Shown here piece after piece: positions 36,706 to 45,184 of a stretch of DNA of 64,000 nucleotides (position 1 is the first letter of the stretch; every line of letters begins with the position of its first letter). Where the stretch lies: the NCBI GenBank assembly GCA_035716005.1, contig DASTKG010000025.1, forward strand, positions 479-64,478, read 5' to 3'. Made by a program: the position numbers and the translations under genes. This stretch comes from Candidatus Eiseniibacteriota bacterium (GTDB lineage Bacteria; Eisenbacteria; RBG-16-71-46; SZUA-252). Below the pieces are notes generated by a model. That model was not told where the DNA came from, did no database searches, and saw nothing but the letters and a program-made list of their open reading frames with translations.

Positions 36706-38395
36706 CCCTGGGCTCCGTGAGGTGGAGCTTCTCCATGGCGAGCGTCGAGATGCCGAGCGGATTCATCTCGAGTCCCGCCACGTTGTCCTTCATTCCGATG
36801 AAACTGACCGTCGAATAGAGCGGCACGAAGGGGGCGTCGCGAAGGATCGCCTCCTCCGCCTCGCGGTAGAGCTCGTTGCGATGGTCGCCGTCCAGCGTCG
36901 AGCGCGCCAGGTCGAGGAGCGAGTCGACCGCCCCGGAGCGGTAGCGGAAGTAGTTCGTCGCGCTGGTCGAGTAGGCGAGGCTTCGGAGGAACGTTTCCGG
37001 ATCGGGGATGTCGGCGATCCAGGCGAGTCCGAAGAGCGCGGCCTTTCGCTCGGTGATGACCTTGTCGAGGACGGCCCACGACTCGTAGCGAACCGCGACG
37101 TCGATTCCCGCCTCCGCGAGGGAGCGGACCATGACCGAGTCGGTCAGGCGGAGGTTCGCGCTCGTCATGCTCTTCCAGAGCGTGAGCCGCGGGAGCGGAT
37201 GCCCCGGACCGTACCCCGCCTCGGCGAGAAGCCTCTTCGCCGCGGCCACGTCGCGCGCCGGAACCTTGTTCGAGGGGCTGTACCCCGGCACGCCGGCCGG
37301 AAGGATCCCCTGCGCGAGGGTCTTCCCCTCGGGCCTCGCGTCGAGCATGCCCTGGCGATCGATGGCGAGCGCGACCGCGCGGCGAACGCGCGCGTCGTCG
37401 AGCGGCGGGACGGACGCGTTCATGCCGATGAAGGAGAGGCTCAGGTCCTGCCAGCGGAGCACGGCGAGCCCGGGGCGCGCGCGGAACTCCTCGATCCGGT
37501 TGCTCGGCAGGAGACTCAGCGTCGCGCGTCCTTCGAGGAGGGCGTCGGCCCCGGCCTCGAGAACGTCGCCGGGGGGCGCGATGAAGATGAGGCTGTCGAG
37601 CTTGGGGCGCCCCATGAAGTAGTCGTCGTTCGCGGCGAGGGCGACGGCGCGATCGCCTTCCATGCGAACGTACCGGAACGGTCCGGTGCCGACCGGATTC
37701 GACTCGAGGGCGCGCGGCCCGCCCTTCTCCAGCACCTCGCGCGGGACGACGCTCGTCTGGTCGAGCGCCAAGGCGTAGAGGAGCGAGGAGTAGGGCCGGC
37801 TCAGCGTGATCTGGAGCTGGTAGCGGTCGAGGGCGCGAATGCCGCGAATCGACGCCGCCTTCCCCCTCACGAAGTCAGGCACGCCGGCGATCGCGTCGAG
37901 GTAGTTCGCGGCGAGCCCCTCGGAGCGGAACGGCTCCCGAAAGACGCGCGTCAGGCTGTAGGCGAAGTCCTCCGCCGTCACCTCGCGTCCGTTGTGGAAG
38001 CGCACCCCGGGGCGAACGTGGAAGACGTAGCGGAGTCCGTCCTTCGAGATCGTCCAGCTCTCGGCGAGCTGGGGCGTCGGCTCCAGGTCGGAGGTCATCC
38101 CGACGAGGGGACTATAGATCTGCGCCACGACCTCGGAGGAATAGGAGTCCGACGCGTGCGCCGGATCGAGCGTGTGCGGGAATTCCTGGTAGAAGCGGAA
38201 GACGTTGGGACCGGGACGGAGCGTGGGCGCGACGGAGGGGCTCGGCGCCCTGCCCGTGCGACCGCCGTCGACGGGCGCGCCCGACTGGCGGCGGAGGACG
38301 CTCGGCAGAGCGACCGCGGCCAAAAGGAGCAGCACCGCGCCGAGCGCGGCCGCCCTCCCACCCCACTTGTCCCAAAAGGCGCCCATCTCGATCAT
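36674..38395 (-). CDS. ABC-type substrate-binding protein, family 5 (DppA/OppA/NikA-like), overlapping the hybrid histidine kinase
   Basis: Signal peptide. SBP_bac_5 core (..YVFHVRPGVRFHNGREVTAEDFAYSL..). The 3' end overlaps the histidine-kinase start by about 32 nt. No ABC permease or ATPase genes nearby. Confidence 0.75.
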   Translation of the reverse strand: MIEMGAFWDKWGGRAAALGAVLLLLAAVALPSVLRRQSGAPVDGGRTGRAPSPSVAPTLRPGPNVFRFYQEFPHTLDPAHASDSYSSEVVAQIYSPLVGMTSDLEPTPQLAESWTISKDGLRYVFHVRPGVRFHNGREVTAEDFAYSLTRVFREPFRSEGLAANYLDAIAGVPDFVRGKAASIRGIRALDRYQLQITLSRPYSSLLYALALDQTSVVPREVLEKGGPRALESNPVGTGPFRYVRMEGDRAVALAANDDYFMGRPKLDSLIFIAPPGDVLEAGADALLEGRATLSLLPSNRIEEFRARPGLAVLRWQDLSLSFIGMNASVPPLDDARVRRAVALAIDRQGMLDARPEGKTLAQGILPAGVPGYSPSNKVPARDVAAAKRLLAEAGYGPGHPLPRLTLWKSMTSANLRLTDSVMVRSLAEAGIDVAVRYESWAVLDKVITERKAALFGLAWIADIPDPETFLRSLAYSTSATNYFRYRSGAVDSLLDLARSTLDGDHRNELYREAEEAILRDAPFVPLYSTVSFIGMKDNVAGLEMNPLGISTLAMEKLHLTEPRDGRDRRDASR

Positions 38396-38512
38396 GAATC
38401 GGAAGACGGGCCTCGTAACTTCAGTTGAAACTGGGAGTTCGGGGGAGGGGCGCCCGGGCGTTAGCGGCTTGTAATCGATTGCGGGACAGGCTTTTACGGC
38501 CGGACCGGAAGA

Positions 38513-38923
38513 CTATTCCGACTCTCTCCAGCGGCGCTCCCGCTTCACGGCGCCGCGCTGCTTCTTGGCCTCGATCCGGGCGGCCCGCGACGACGCCGTC
38601 GCCTTCGTGGGGCGCCGGACACGCCGCGGCGCGAGGGCCGCCGCCACGAGCGCGCGAAGGCGTTCCACGGCCGCATCCCGATTCCTGGACTGGGAGCGAA
38701 AGCGCTGCGAGACGACGCGGATCGTTCCGTCCGCCGCGAGTCGTGACGCGAGGGCCGCTCGAACCACGGTCTTCGCCTCGGGCGAGAGCGCGGACGCCTC
38801 CAGGTCCCAGACCGCCTCGACGCGCGTCTCCACCTTGTTCACGTTCTGCCCGCCCGGCCCTCCGGCCCGAGACGTCCGGAACCGGATCTCGCGGAGCGGG
38901 ACGGTCACGCGCGGCGTCGACAC
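38513..38923 (-). CDS. arfB: peptidyl-tRNA hydrolase ArfB (alternative ribosome-rescue factor B / YaeJ)
   Basis: GGQ motif (SRAGGPGGQNVNKVETRVE). Basic C-terminal tail (..KKQRGAVKRERRWRESE) typical of ArfB. Confidence 0.85.
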   Translation of the reverse strand: MSTPRVTVPLREIRFRTSRAGGPGGQNVNKVETRVEAVWDLEASALSPEAKTVVRAALASRLAADGTIRVVSQRFRSQSRNRDAAVERLRALVAAALAPRRVRRPTKATASSRAARIEAKKQRGAVKRERRWRESE

Positions 38924-38925
38924 GG

Positions 38926-40212
38926 TCAGGCGAGGAGCGCGGGGAGTTCGCGCTGGACGGGGGCCGTGGTGACGACGGCCTTGCCGCCGTCGAGGAGGAG
39001 ATTCACCTCGCTTCGCGCGCCGAAGTCGTCGAGGTAGACGCCGGGCTCCACCGAGACGAGGGTGCCGTCGAGGAGGCGGCGGTCGTCGTGCGTCTCGAGA
39101 TTGTCGAGATGAACGCCGTTCGCGTGCACCTCCTCGCCGATCGAATGCCCCGTGCGGTGGAGGAATCGGTCGCCGTAGCCGCGCGCGCGGACGACGGCGC
39201 GCGCCGCGTCGTCGACGTCGCAGCCCCGAATGGACCTCCCCGCGGCCAGCGCCGCCTCGACGGCGCCGACGGCGGCGTCACGCGCGTCGCGGACGACGGC
39301 GAAGATCTCGCGATGCCGCGCGGGCGCGGAGGCCCCGACGAAGGCGCATTGCGTGTAGTCGGCGTAGACGGCGCCCGGCCGCTTCGCCTTGCACCAGGCG
39401 TCGATCAGGAGAAAGTCCCCCTCGCGAATCGGCGCGTCGGTGGCCTCGTTCGTGTCGAAATGGGGATCTCCCGAGTGGGCGTTCACGGCGACGGTCGGCG
39501 CGTCGACGGAGGTCATTCCCTCGGCGTCGTACCGCTCCAAGATCCAGCGCTGGAGCGACGTCTCCGTGAGCGGCTTCCCCGCCCGAACGCTCTCGCGCAC
39601 GCGGGCGAAGGCCGCGTCGAAGATCCCGTGCAGGATCCGCCCCGTGGCCACGTGGTCGCGCCGCGCCTCCGGCGAGAGGACGCCGCCGAAGCGCTGCGCG
39701 AGATTCGCCGAGGAGACGACCTGCGCCCCCGCGGCGCGCACGAGTTCCACCGTCCCCGCGTCGACGCGCGAGACGTAGGGGAGCCGGGCGAGCGGCGAGT
39801 ACTCCATGGCGATCGAGGGGGCGAATCCGCCCGCGGTGCCGAGCGAAGCGACCGTCGTTCCCACGGCCTCCGCGACGGCCCGGCCGAGCTCCGCCCACTC
39901 GAGGTAGACGGTCGTCTCGCCGGGGAAGGGATCGAGGGCGCGCGGCTCGATGCGATGAACGACGCGACGCGGCGTGCCGCGCGCGGGGACGAGATAGAAC
40001 CAGCGGCGCGACGTCTTGCCGCGATGGGGCAGCCGGTCGAAGCCGAGCACCGCGGGCGCGATCGGATTCGAGCCGTGGAAGTCGTAGAGAAGCCAGGCGC
40101 CGATCTCCTCCTCGAGGAGCGCGGCCTGAATCGCCTCCACCCGGGCGCTCGCGCGCTCCGGCGTGTCGGGGGGCTCGAGCGCGCCCGCGGGCCGCGGAGC
40201 CGGCGAGCTCAC
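38926..40212 (-). CDS. M24-family metallopeptidase (Xaa-Pro aminopeptidase/creatinase-type)
   Basis: GTG start overlapping the hflX stop (GTGA). Pita-bread fold motifs ..HRTGHSIG.. and ..EPGVYLDDFGARSEVN.. (conserved metal-ligand His/Glu). Confidence 0.8.
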   Translation of the reverse strand: MSSPAPRPAGALEPPDTPERASARVEAIQAALLEEEIGAWLLYDFHGSNPIAPAVLGFDRLPHRGKTSRRWFYLVPARGTPRRVVHRIEPRALDPFPGETTVYLEWAELGRAVAEAVGTTVASLGTAGGFAPSIAMEYSPLARLPYVSRVDAGTVELVRAAGAQVVSSANLAQRFGGVLSPEARRDHVATGRILHGIFDAAFARVRESVRAGKPLTETSLQRWILERYDAEGMTSVDAPTVAVNAHSGDPHFDTNEATDAPIREGDFLLIDAWCKAKRPGAVYADYTQCAFVGASAPARHREIFAVVRDARDAAVGAVEAALAAGRSIRGCDVDDAARAVVRARGYGDRFLHRTGHSIGEEVHANGVHLDNLETHDDRRLLDGTLVSVEPGVYLDDFGARSEVNLLLDGGKAVVTTAPVQRELPALLA

Positions 40213-41402
40213 GACCCGTCCTCGCCGTGAAGTCTCGCCGCGATCGCCTTCCGGAGCTCGGGGAGCCCATCGCGCGTCACGGCCGAGACGAAGACCGCGC
40301 CGGGATGCTGCGCGCGGAGGCCCAGGAGCGCGATCTCGTCGTGGAGGGCGTCGATCTTGTTGAAGACGAGGAGCCGCGGGCGCTGGAGCGCGTCGAGCTC
40401 CTCGAGCACGGCGTGCACCGCCTCGATGTGGGCGTCGATGTCGGGCTCGGTCGCGTCGACGACGTGGAGGAGGAGATCGGCCTCGGTCACCTCCTCGAGC
40501 GTGGCGCGGAACGACGCGACGAGGTGGGCGGGAAGCTTCCGGATGAAGCCGACGGTGTCGGTGAGGAGGACCCTCACGCGCCCCTCCGCGGCGATGGCGC
40601 GCGTCGTGGGATCGAGCGTGGCGAAGAGCTGGTTCTCGACGTAGACGTTGGCGCGCGCGACGGCGTTGAAGAGGGTCGACTTCCCCGCGTTCGTGTAGCC
40701 GACGAGCGAGACCTTGAAGCACTCCTTCCGCCCCTTCCGCTGCACGCGCCGCTCGCGGACGACCCCTTCGAGATCGCGCTTCAGCCGTGCGATCCGCTCG
40801 CGGATGCGGCGGCGGTCGACCTCGAGCTGCGTCTCGCCGGGGCCGCGGGTTCCGATGCCGCCGCCGAGGCGCCCGAGGTGCTCCCACATGCGCGTGAGCC
40901 GCGGCAGGAGGTATTCGAGCTGCGCCAGCTCGACCTGAAGCCGGGCCTCGCGCGTCCGCGCGCGGCGGGCGAAGATGTCGAGGATGAGGCCGCTCCGGTC
41001 GACGACGCGCATCCCGAGCTCCTTCTCGAGATTCTTGTGCTGGGCGGGCGAGAGATCGTCGTCGAGGAGGAGGAGCCCGGCGCGCTCTTCCGCCGCCAGC
41101 TCCTGGATCTCCTCGATCTTCCCCTTGCTGAGAAACGTCGACGCGCGCACGGGGCCCCGGCGCTGCACCACCTGGCCGCGCACCCGGGCGCCGGCCGTTT
41201 CGGCCAGGAGCTTCAACTCGGCGAGCGTGGCGGAATCGACGGCCCCGCGCGTGACGCGGCCCGCGAGGATGGCGCGTTCGGGGTCCCCCGCCGGGCGCGC
41301 GGCGTCCGTCAGCCGCACGTGCCCGGTGATGGCGTCGGCCTCGTGGCTATGTCGCGGGCGCGACTTCGAGCCCGTACGGGATGTGCTCCGCGAGGTTCTC
41401 AA
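40209..41402 (-). CDS. hflX: GTPase HflX
   Basis: HflX N-terminal domain (..ERAILAGRV...) plus G1 GYTNAGKST, G3 DTVGF, G4 NKID. The start is uncertain. An in-frame GTG at 41318 would remove the 56-nt overlap with the upstream M24 gene. Confidence 0.85.
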   Translation of the reverse strand: MRTSRSTSRTGSKSRPRHSHEADAITGHVRLTDAARPAGDPERAILAGRVTRGAVDSATLAELKLLAETAGARVRGQVVQRRGPVRASTFLSKGKIEEIQELAAEERAGLLLLDDDLSPAQHKNLEKELGMRVVDRSGLILDIFARRARTREARLQVELAQLEYLLPRLTRMWEHLGRLGGGIGTRGPGETQLEVDRRRIRERIARLKRDLEGVVRERRVQRKGRKECFKVSLVGYTNAGKSTLFNAVARANVYVENQLFATLDPTTRAIAAEGRVRVLLTDTVGFIRKLPAHLVASFRATLEEVTEADLLLHVVDATEPDIDAHIEAVHAVLEELDALQRPRLLVFNKIDALHDEIALLGLRAQHPGAVFVSAVTRDGLPELRKAIAARLHGEDGS

Positions 41403-42579
41403 AGGTACCGTCCGGCCTGGCGTAGACCACGTCTTCGATGCGCACGCCGAGGCCGCGAGAGGGATAGTAGAGGCCGGGCTCGAGCGTGAAGAGCGAGCCG
41501 GGCTCGAGACGATCGGGATTGGAGGGCGGTCCGCCCAGATTGGGGCGCTCGTGCACCTCGAGCCCGATGCCGTGGCCCAGGCCGTGCACGTACCCCTCCT
41601 CGATGCGGTCGTTCTGCCGAATGGTCGGGTGTCCCTGCTTCTCGAAGAAGTCGCAGAGCCGGTCCTGGTAGGAGCGCGCCCGCGCCCCCGATTCCAGGGC
41701 GCCGTACGAGTCTCGCAAGGAGGCGTGCACGCAGTCGTAGAGCGCGCGCAGCTCGGGAGTCGCGCGCCCCACGCAGAAGGTGCGCGTCACGTCGAAGAAG
41801 TAGCCCCCGTGCGGCTGCGCCGGGAAGATGTCGATCACGATCGGCGCGCCCTCGAGGAGAACGTCGTCGTCGTTCCCGCTGTTGTGCGGCACGCCGGCAT
41901 CCCGTCCCTGGGCGACGATGTTCCCGTGCGGCTCCTCGAGGCCCGCCTCGAAGAAGACGCGGCGGATCTCGCGGCGGAGCCGTCCGACGGTCACCCAGCC
42001 CTCGGCGTCGCGAAGCCGGCCACCCTCCAGGCGCCCCTTTCCGATCGTCTCGCGGACGCGCGCGTAGGCGGTTCCGCAGACTGCGCCGACCTTCCGCACC
42101 TCCGCCACCTCCGCCTCCTCCTTCGTGAGCCGGGCCTGAAGGAAGAGCCGCGGATCGCGGTCCTCCACGATCTCGAGATCGGGGCGCCGCGCGCGCAGGC
42201 GGCCGAGGACTTCGAAGTAGCGGCCGATCGGTCCGATGCCGTCGACGAGGATGCGGCCGGTCACCCCGAGATCGCGCAGGACCTCGTCGAGGAATCGCGC
42301 CTCCGCGGCCGTGGGCGTCGCCTCCTCGGTGGCGATCTTCCGGTAGCCACGCTGGCCGTAGTCGCTCAGATCGAAGCCCGTGGCCGCCGCGGCGTCGCGC
42401 TCCATGGAGGCATGGACCAGGTGCGGCCTCGCGCCGCGCCGCCAGACGAGGATGCTGGTGGAGAGATGCTCGCGCGTTCCGACGAGGTACGAAAAGGTCG
42501 GATTCGGGTGCTCCGTTTTCAGGACTACGGCGGCCGCGAGGTCGCGCTCCTTCAGGAGCGCGTCGACGTCAGAGCGCAT
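41347..42579 (-). CDS. M24-family metallopeptidase (second paralogue)
   Basis: ..HGLGHGIGLEVHE.. and ..EPGLYYPSRGLGVRIED.. metal-ligand motifs. N-terminal creatinase/prolidase-like domain. Confidence 0.8.
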   Translation of the reverse strand: MRSDVDALLKERDLAAAVVLKTEHPNPTFSYLVGTREHLSTSILVWRRGARPHLVHASMERDAAAATGFDLSDYGQRGYRKIATEEATPTAAEARFLDEVLRDLGVTGRILVDGIGPIGRYFEVLGRLRARRPDLEIVEDRDPRLFLQARLTKEEAEVAEVRKVGAVCGTAYARVRETIGKGRLEGGRLRDAEGWVTVGRLRREIRRVFFEAGLEEPHGNIVAQGRDAGVPHNSGNDDDVLLEGAPIVIDIFPAQPHGGYFFDVTRTFCVGRATPELRALYDCVHASLRDSYGALESGARARSYQDRLCDFFEKQGHPTIRQNDRIEEGYVHGLGHGIGLEVHERPNLGGPPSNPDRLEPGSLFTLEPGLYYPSRGLGVRIEDVVYARPDGTFENLAEHIPYGLEVAPAT

Positions 42580-42636
42580 GCGAATTCCTCCGGATCGTGG
42601 CCGCGATGGCGATGGCGTGCGGGCCCCTTCGCGCGC

Positions 42637-43830
42637 TCATGTGCGGAAGAGGACCTGTTCGTTCGAGAAGAGGCGGATGGCCACGACGATCATGACCGCG
42701 GCGAGGAGGCTGCTCGACCCGATGGCGGCGAACGCGTGCGCCGCCTGCACCGTGTCGGTGAGGATCTCGCGCTGGAGGAGCGCGGTGTTCAAGATCGGGA
42801 TGAAGAACTGCTTCATCGGCACCGACTGCGACTGGGAGAAGGAGCTGAGTCCCAGGAAGACGGACGCCATGTAGACGTACGTGGCGTAGGTCTGCCCCTC
42901 GCGCATGCTCCGCGCGAAGCAGCCGATGGCCACGAGGACCGCGCTGAGGAAGATCGCCGCGGGCAGGAGGGTCAGGAAGAGGAGCACCATCTTCTCCGGG
43001 CCGATCGAGAGCTCGAGCGACTGGCTCTGCATGGCCGAGAAGCGGCTGGCCAGAATCCCGAACGAGATCCAGAGCCCGAGGATGCCGGTGATCGCGCCGG
43101 TCAGGGACGCCGCCAGCACCGCCAGCACCTTCCCGACCACCAGCTCGGCGCGCGTCGCCGCGCTCGCGAGGATCGTCTCGAGCGTGCTTCGCTCCTTCTC
43201 CCCCGTCGTCGCGTCGACGGCCGTCTGCATCGACCCCGCGGCCACCATGAAGATGAGGAGATACGGAATCATGAGCGCCGCGACGTACCGCCCGACCTCC
43301 TTTTTCGAGGAGACGTCCTTCCGCTCCACGGTGAGCGCGGGCGGCGCGTCGGCCGTGGCGCCGCGGCTCTTCGCCCACGCGAGGGTGAGGGACTGGCGGA
43401 TGTCGTCGAGGGCCGGCTTCAGCCGCTTCGCCGTCTCCGACGACATGTTGTCGGCGTCCTTGTAGAGGAGCTCCACCTTCACGCTGTCGCCGCGCGCGAT
43501 GAGCCCCGCGAGGTCGGGCGGCACGACGAGGATCGCCTGGACGCCCGCGTCGTCGAGGTTCGCCGGCACCTCGACGAGCGAGACGACGGTCACGCCCTCC
43601 ACGGCGCGCACCTTCTCGGCCGCGGCCGGGAACTGCGCGGAGCCGACGATCCCGACCTGCACCGCGAACGTCTTGGCCTCGTCGTTGTTCTTATGCTGGA
43701 TGTAGGCCATGAGCATGAGCAGGGCCGGGTAGAGGACGAACGGGAAGACGAAGATGGCGAAGATCGTCCGCCCGTCGCGGAGCGTGTCGGTGATCTCCTT
43801 GCGGAAGACGGCGAGCGTCTTAGCGGTCAT
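42637..43830 (-). CDS. ABC-2 type transporter permease (NatB-like)
   Basis: N-terminal TM, large extracytoplasmic loop, and five C-terminal TMs. Overlaps the upstream ATPase gene by 11 nt. Confidence 0.75.
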   Translation of the reverse strand: MTAKTLAVFRKEITDTLRDGRTIFAIFVFPFVLYPALLMLMAYIQHKNNDEAKTFAVQVGIVGSAQFPAAAEKVRAVEGVTVVSLVEVPANLDDAGVQAILVVPPDLAGLIARGDSVKVELLYKDADNMSSETAKRLKPALDDIRQSLTLAWAKSRGATADAPPALTVERKDVSSKKEVGRYVAALMIPYLLIFMVAAGSMQTAVDATTGEKERSTLETILASAATRAELVVGKVLAVLAASLTGAITGILGLWISFGILASRFSAMQSQSLELSIGPEKMVLLFLTLLPAAIFLSAVLVAIGCFARSMREGQTYATYVYMASVFLGLSSFSQSQSVPMKQFFIPILNTALLQREILTDTVQAAHAFAAIGSSSLLAAVMIVVAIRLFSNEQVLFRT

Positions 43831-44566
43831 CGGCCACCCCCTTCACCACGTCCACGAAGACGTCCTCGAGACTGCCCGAGCCGTTCCCGGCGCCGAGCTG
43901 CGCGAGCGTCCCCTGCCGGAGGATCGATCCCTTCTCGATGATGGCGATCTCGTCGCAGATCCGCTCCGCCTCGGTCATGATGTGGGTGGAGTAGATGACC
44001 GTCCTCCCCTTCTTCTTGAGATCGAGCACGAGGGAGAGCACCTCCCGCGCGCCGAAGACGTCGAGCCCGGACGTCGGCTCGTCGAAGATGAGGACCTCGG
44101 GATCGTGAAAGACGACGCGCGCGATCGAGAGCCGCTGCTTCATGCCGGTCGACATCCTGCCGACGCGCTTGTCCAGGAGTTCCTCGAGTCCGAAGGGTCC
44201 GGTCAGCTCCTCGACGCGCGAGGGTATGCGCGCGGCGTCCATCCCCGCGAGGGTTCCGAAGTAGGCCAGGAGCTCGCGTCCGGTGAGCCGGTCGTAGAGC
44301 TTCGTGTCGCCCGAGAGGTAGCCGATCCGCCGGCGCACCTCCGCCGGCCGCTCCACGATGTCGAAGCCCGCCACCTTCGCCGTGCCGGCCGACGGGGTGA
44401 GAATCGTCGCGAGCATGCGGAGCGTCGTCGTCTTGCCGGCGCCGTTCCGGCCGAGAAGTCCGAAGACCTGGCCCGGCTTGCAGACGAAGGAGATCTCCTT
44501 CACCGCGGGGATGTCCCCCTTCTTTCGATCGTGAAAGGTCTTCCGTAGCCCCTGGACTTCGATCAA
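43820..44566 (-). CDS. ABC transporter ATP-binding protein (NatA-like)
   Basis: Walker A GRNGAGKTT. Signature LSTGMKQRLSIA. Walker B VLIFDEPTSGLD. H-loop present. Confidence 0.88.
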   Translation of the reverse strand: MIEVQGLRKTFHDRKKGDIPAVKEISFVCKPGQVFGLLGRNGAGKTTTLRMLATILTPSAGTAKVAGFDIVERPAEVRRRIGYLSGDTKLYDRLTGRELLAYFGTLAGMDAARIPSRVEELTGPFGLEELLDKRVGRMSTGMKQRLSIARVVFHDPEVLIFDEPTSGLDVFGAREVLSLVLDLKKKGRTVIYSTHIMTEAERICDEIAIIEKGSILRQGTLAQLGAGNGSGSLEDVFVDVVKGVADDR

Positions 44567-44776
44567 GGAGATCTCTCCCTTGGTGGTGAGCCTCGCCTGC
44601 GGAACCGCCTTTGGAGCAAAGAGCCTCCCAGTCTAGGAACGGGGCGGGAGGGTGTCAACGGAGGCCGGAATCTCGGCTTGAAGCTCGGCGTCTAAATCGT
44701 TACATTGTAGGCATGGTGCGACGGGGCGCGCCGATAACCGACACAGCCGTAACTACTTGCGAAGGAGTTCACACCA

Positions 44777-45109
44777 ATGTCCCAGGCCGTCACCGAAGTC
44801 ACCGACAGCACGTTCGACGCCGAGGTGCTGCAGTCTCAGGTCCCCGTGCTCGTCGATTTCTGGGCCACCTGGTGCGGCCCCTGCCGCATGATCGCGCCCG
44901 TCGTGGAAGAGTTGGCGAAGCAGTACGAGGGGAAGCTGAAGGTCACGAAGGTGGACGTGGACAACAACACGCGCATCGCGACCAAGTACGACATCCGCAG
45001 CATCCCCAGCCTCTACATCTTCAAGGGCGGCAAGGTGGTTCAGACGATCATCGGCGCGGTGCCGAAGAACCAGCTGGTCTCGGCGCTCGAGGGCGTGCTC
45101 GCCGCGTAG
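44777..45109 (+). CDS. trxA: thioredoxin
   Basis: WCGPC active site. [20 protein letters not shown] is a classic TrxA sequence. 110 aa. Confidence 0.93.
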   Translation: MSQAVTEVTDSTFDAEVLQSQVPVLVDFWATWCGPCRMIAPVVEELAKQYEGKLKVTKVDVDNNTRIATKYDIRSIPSLYIFKGGKVVQTIIGAVPKNQLVSALEGVLAA

Positions 45110-45135
45110 GCGGACGCCTCACTCGAAATACGCGA

Positions 45136-45163
45136 GGGCCGGACGTGGCGACACGCCCGGCCC
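45136..45163. terminator. GC-rich hairpin between convergent trxA and the kinase gene (candidate bidirectional terminator)
   Basis: GGGCCGG-acgtggcgacacgc-CCGGCCC gives a 7-bp stem, followed by TTCGC. Weak U-tract. Confidence 0.35.
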
Positions 45164-45184
45164 TTCGCATGTCCGGCCCGCGCC

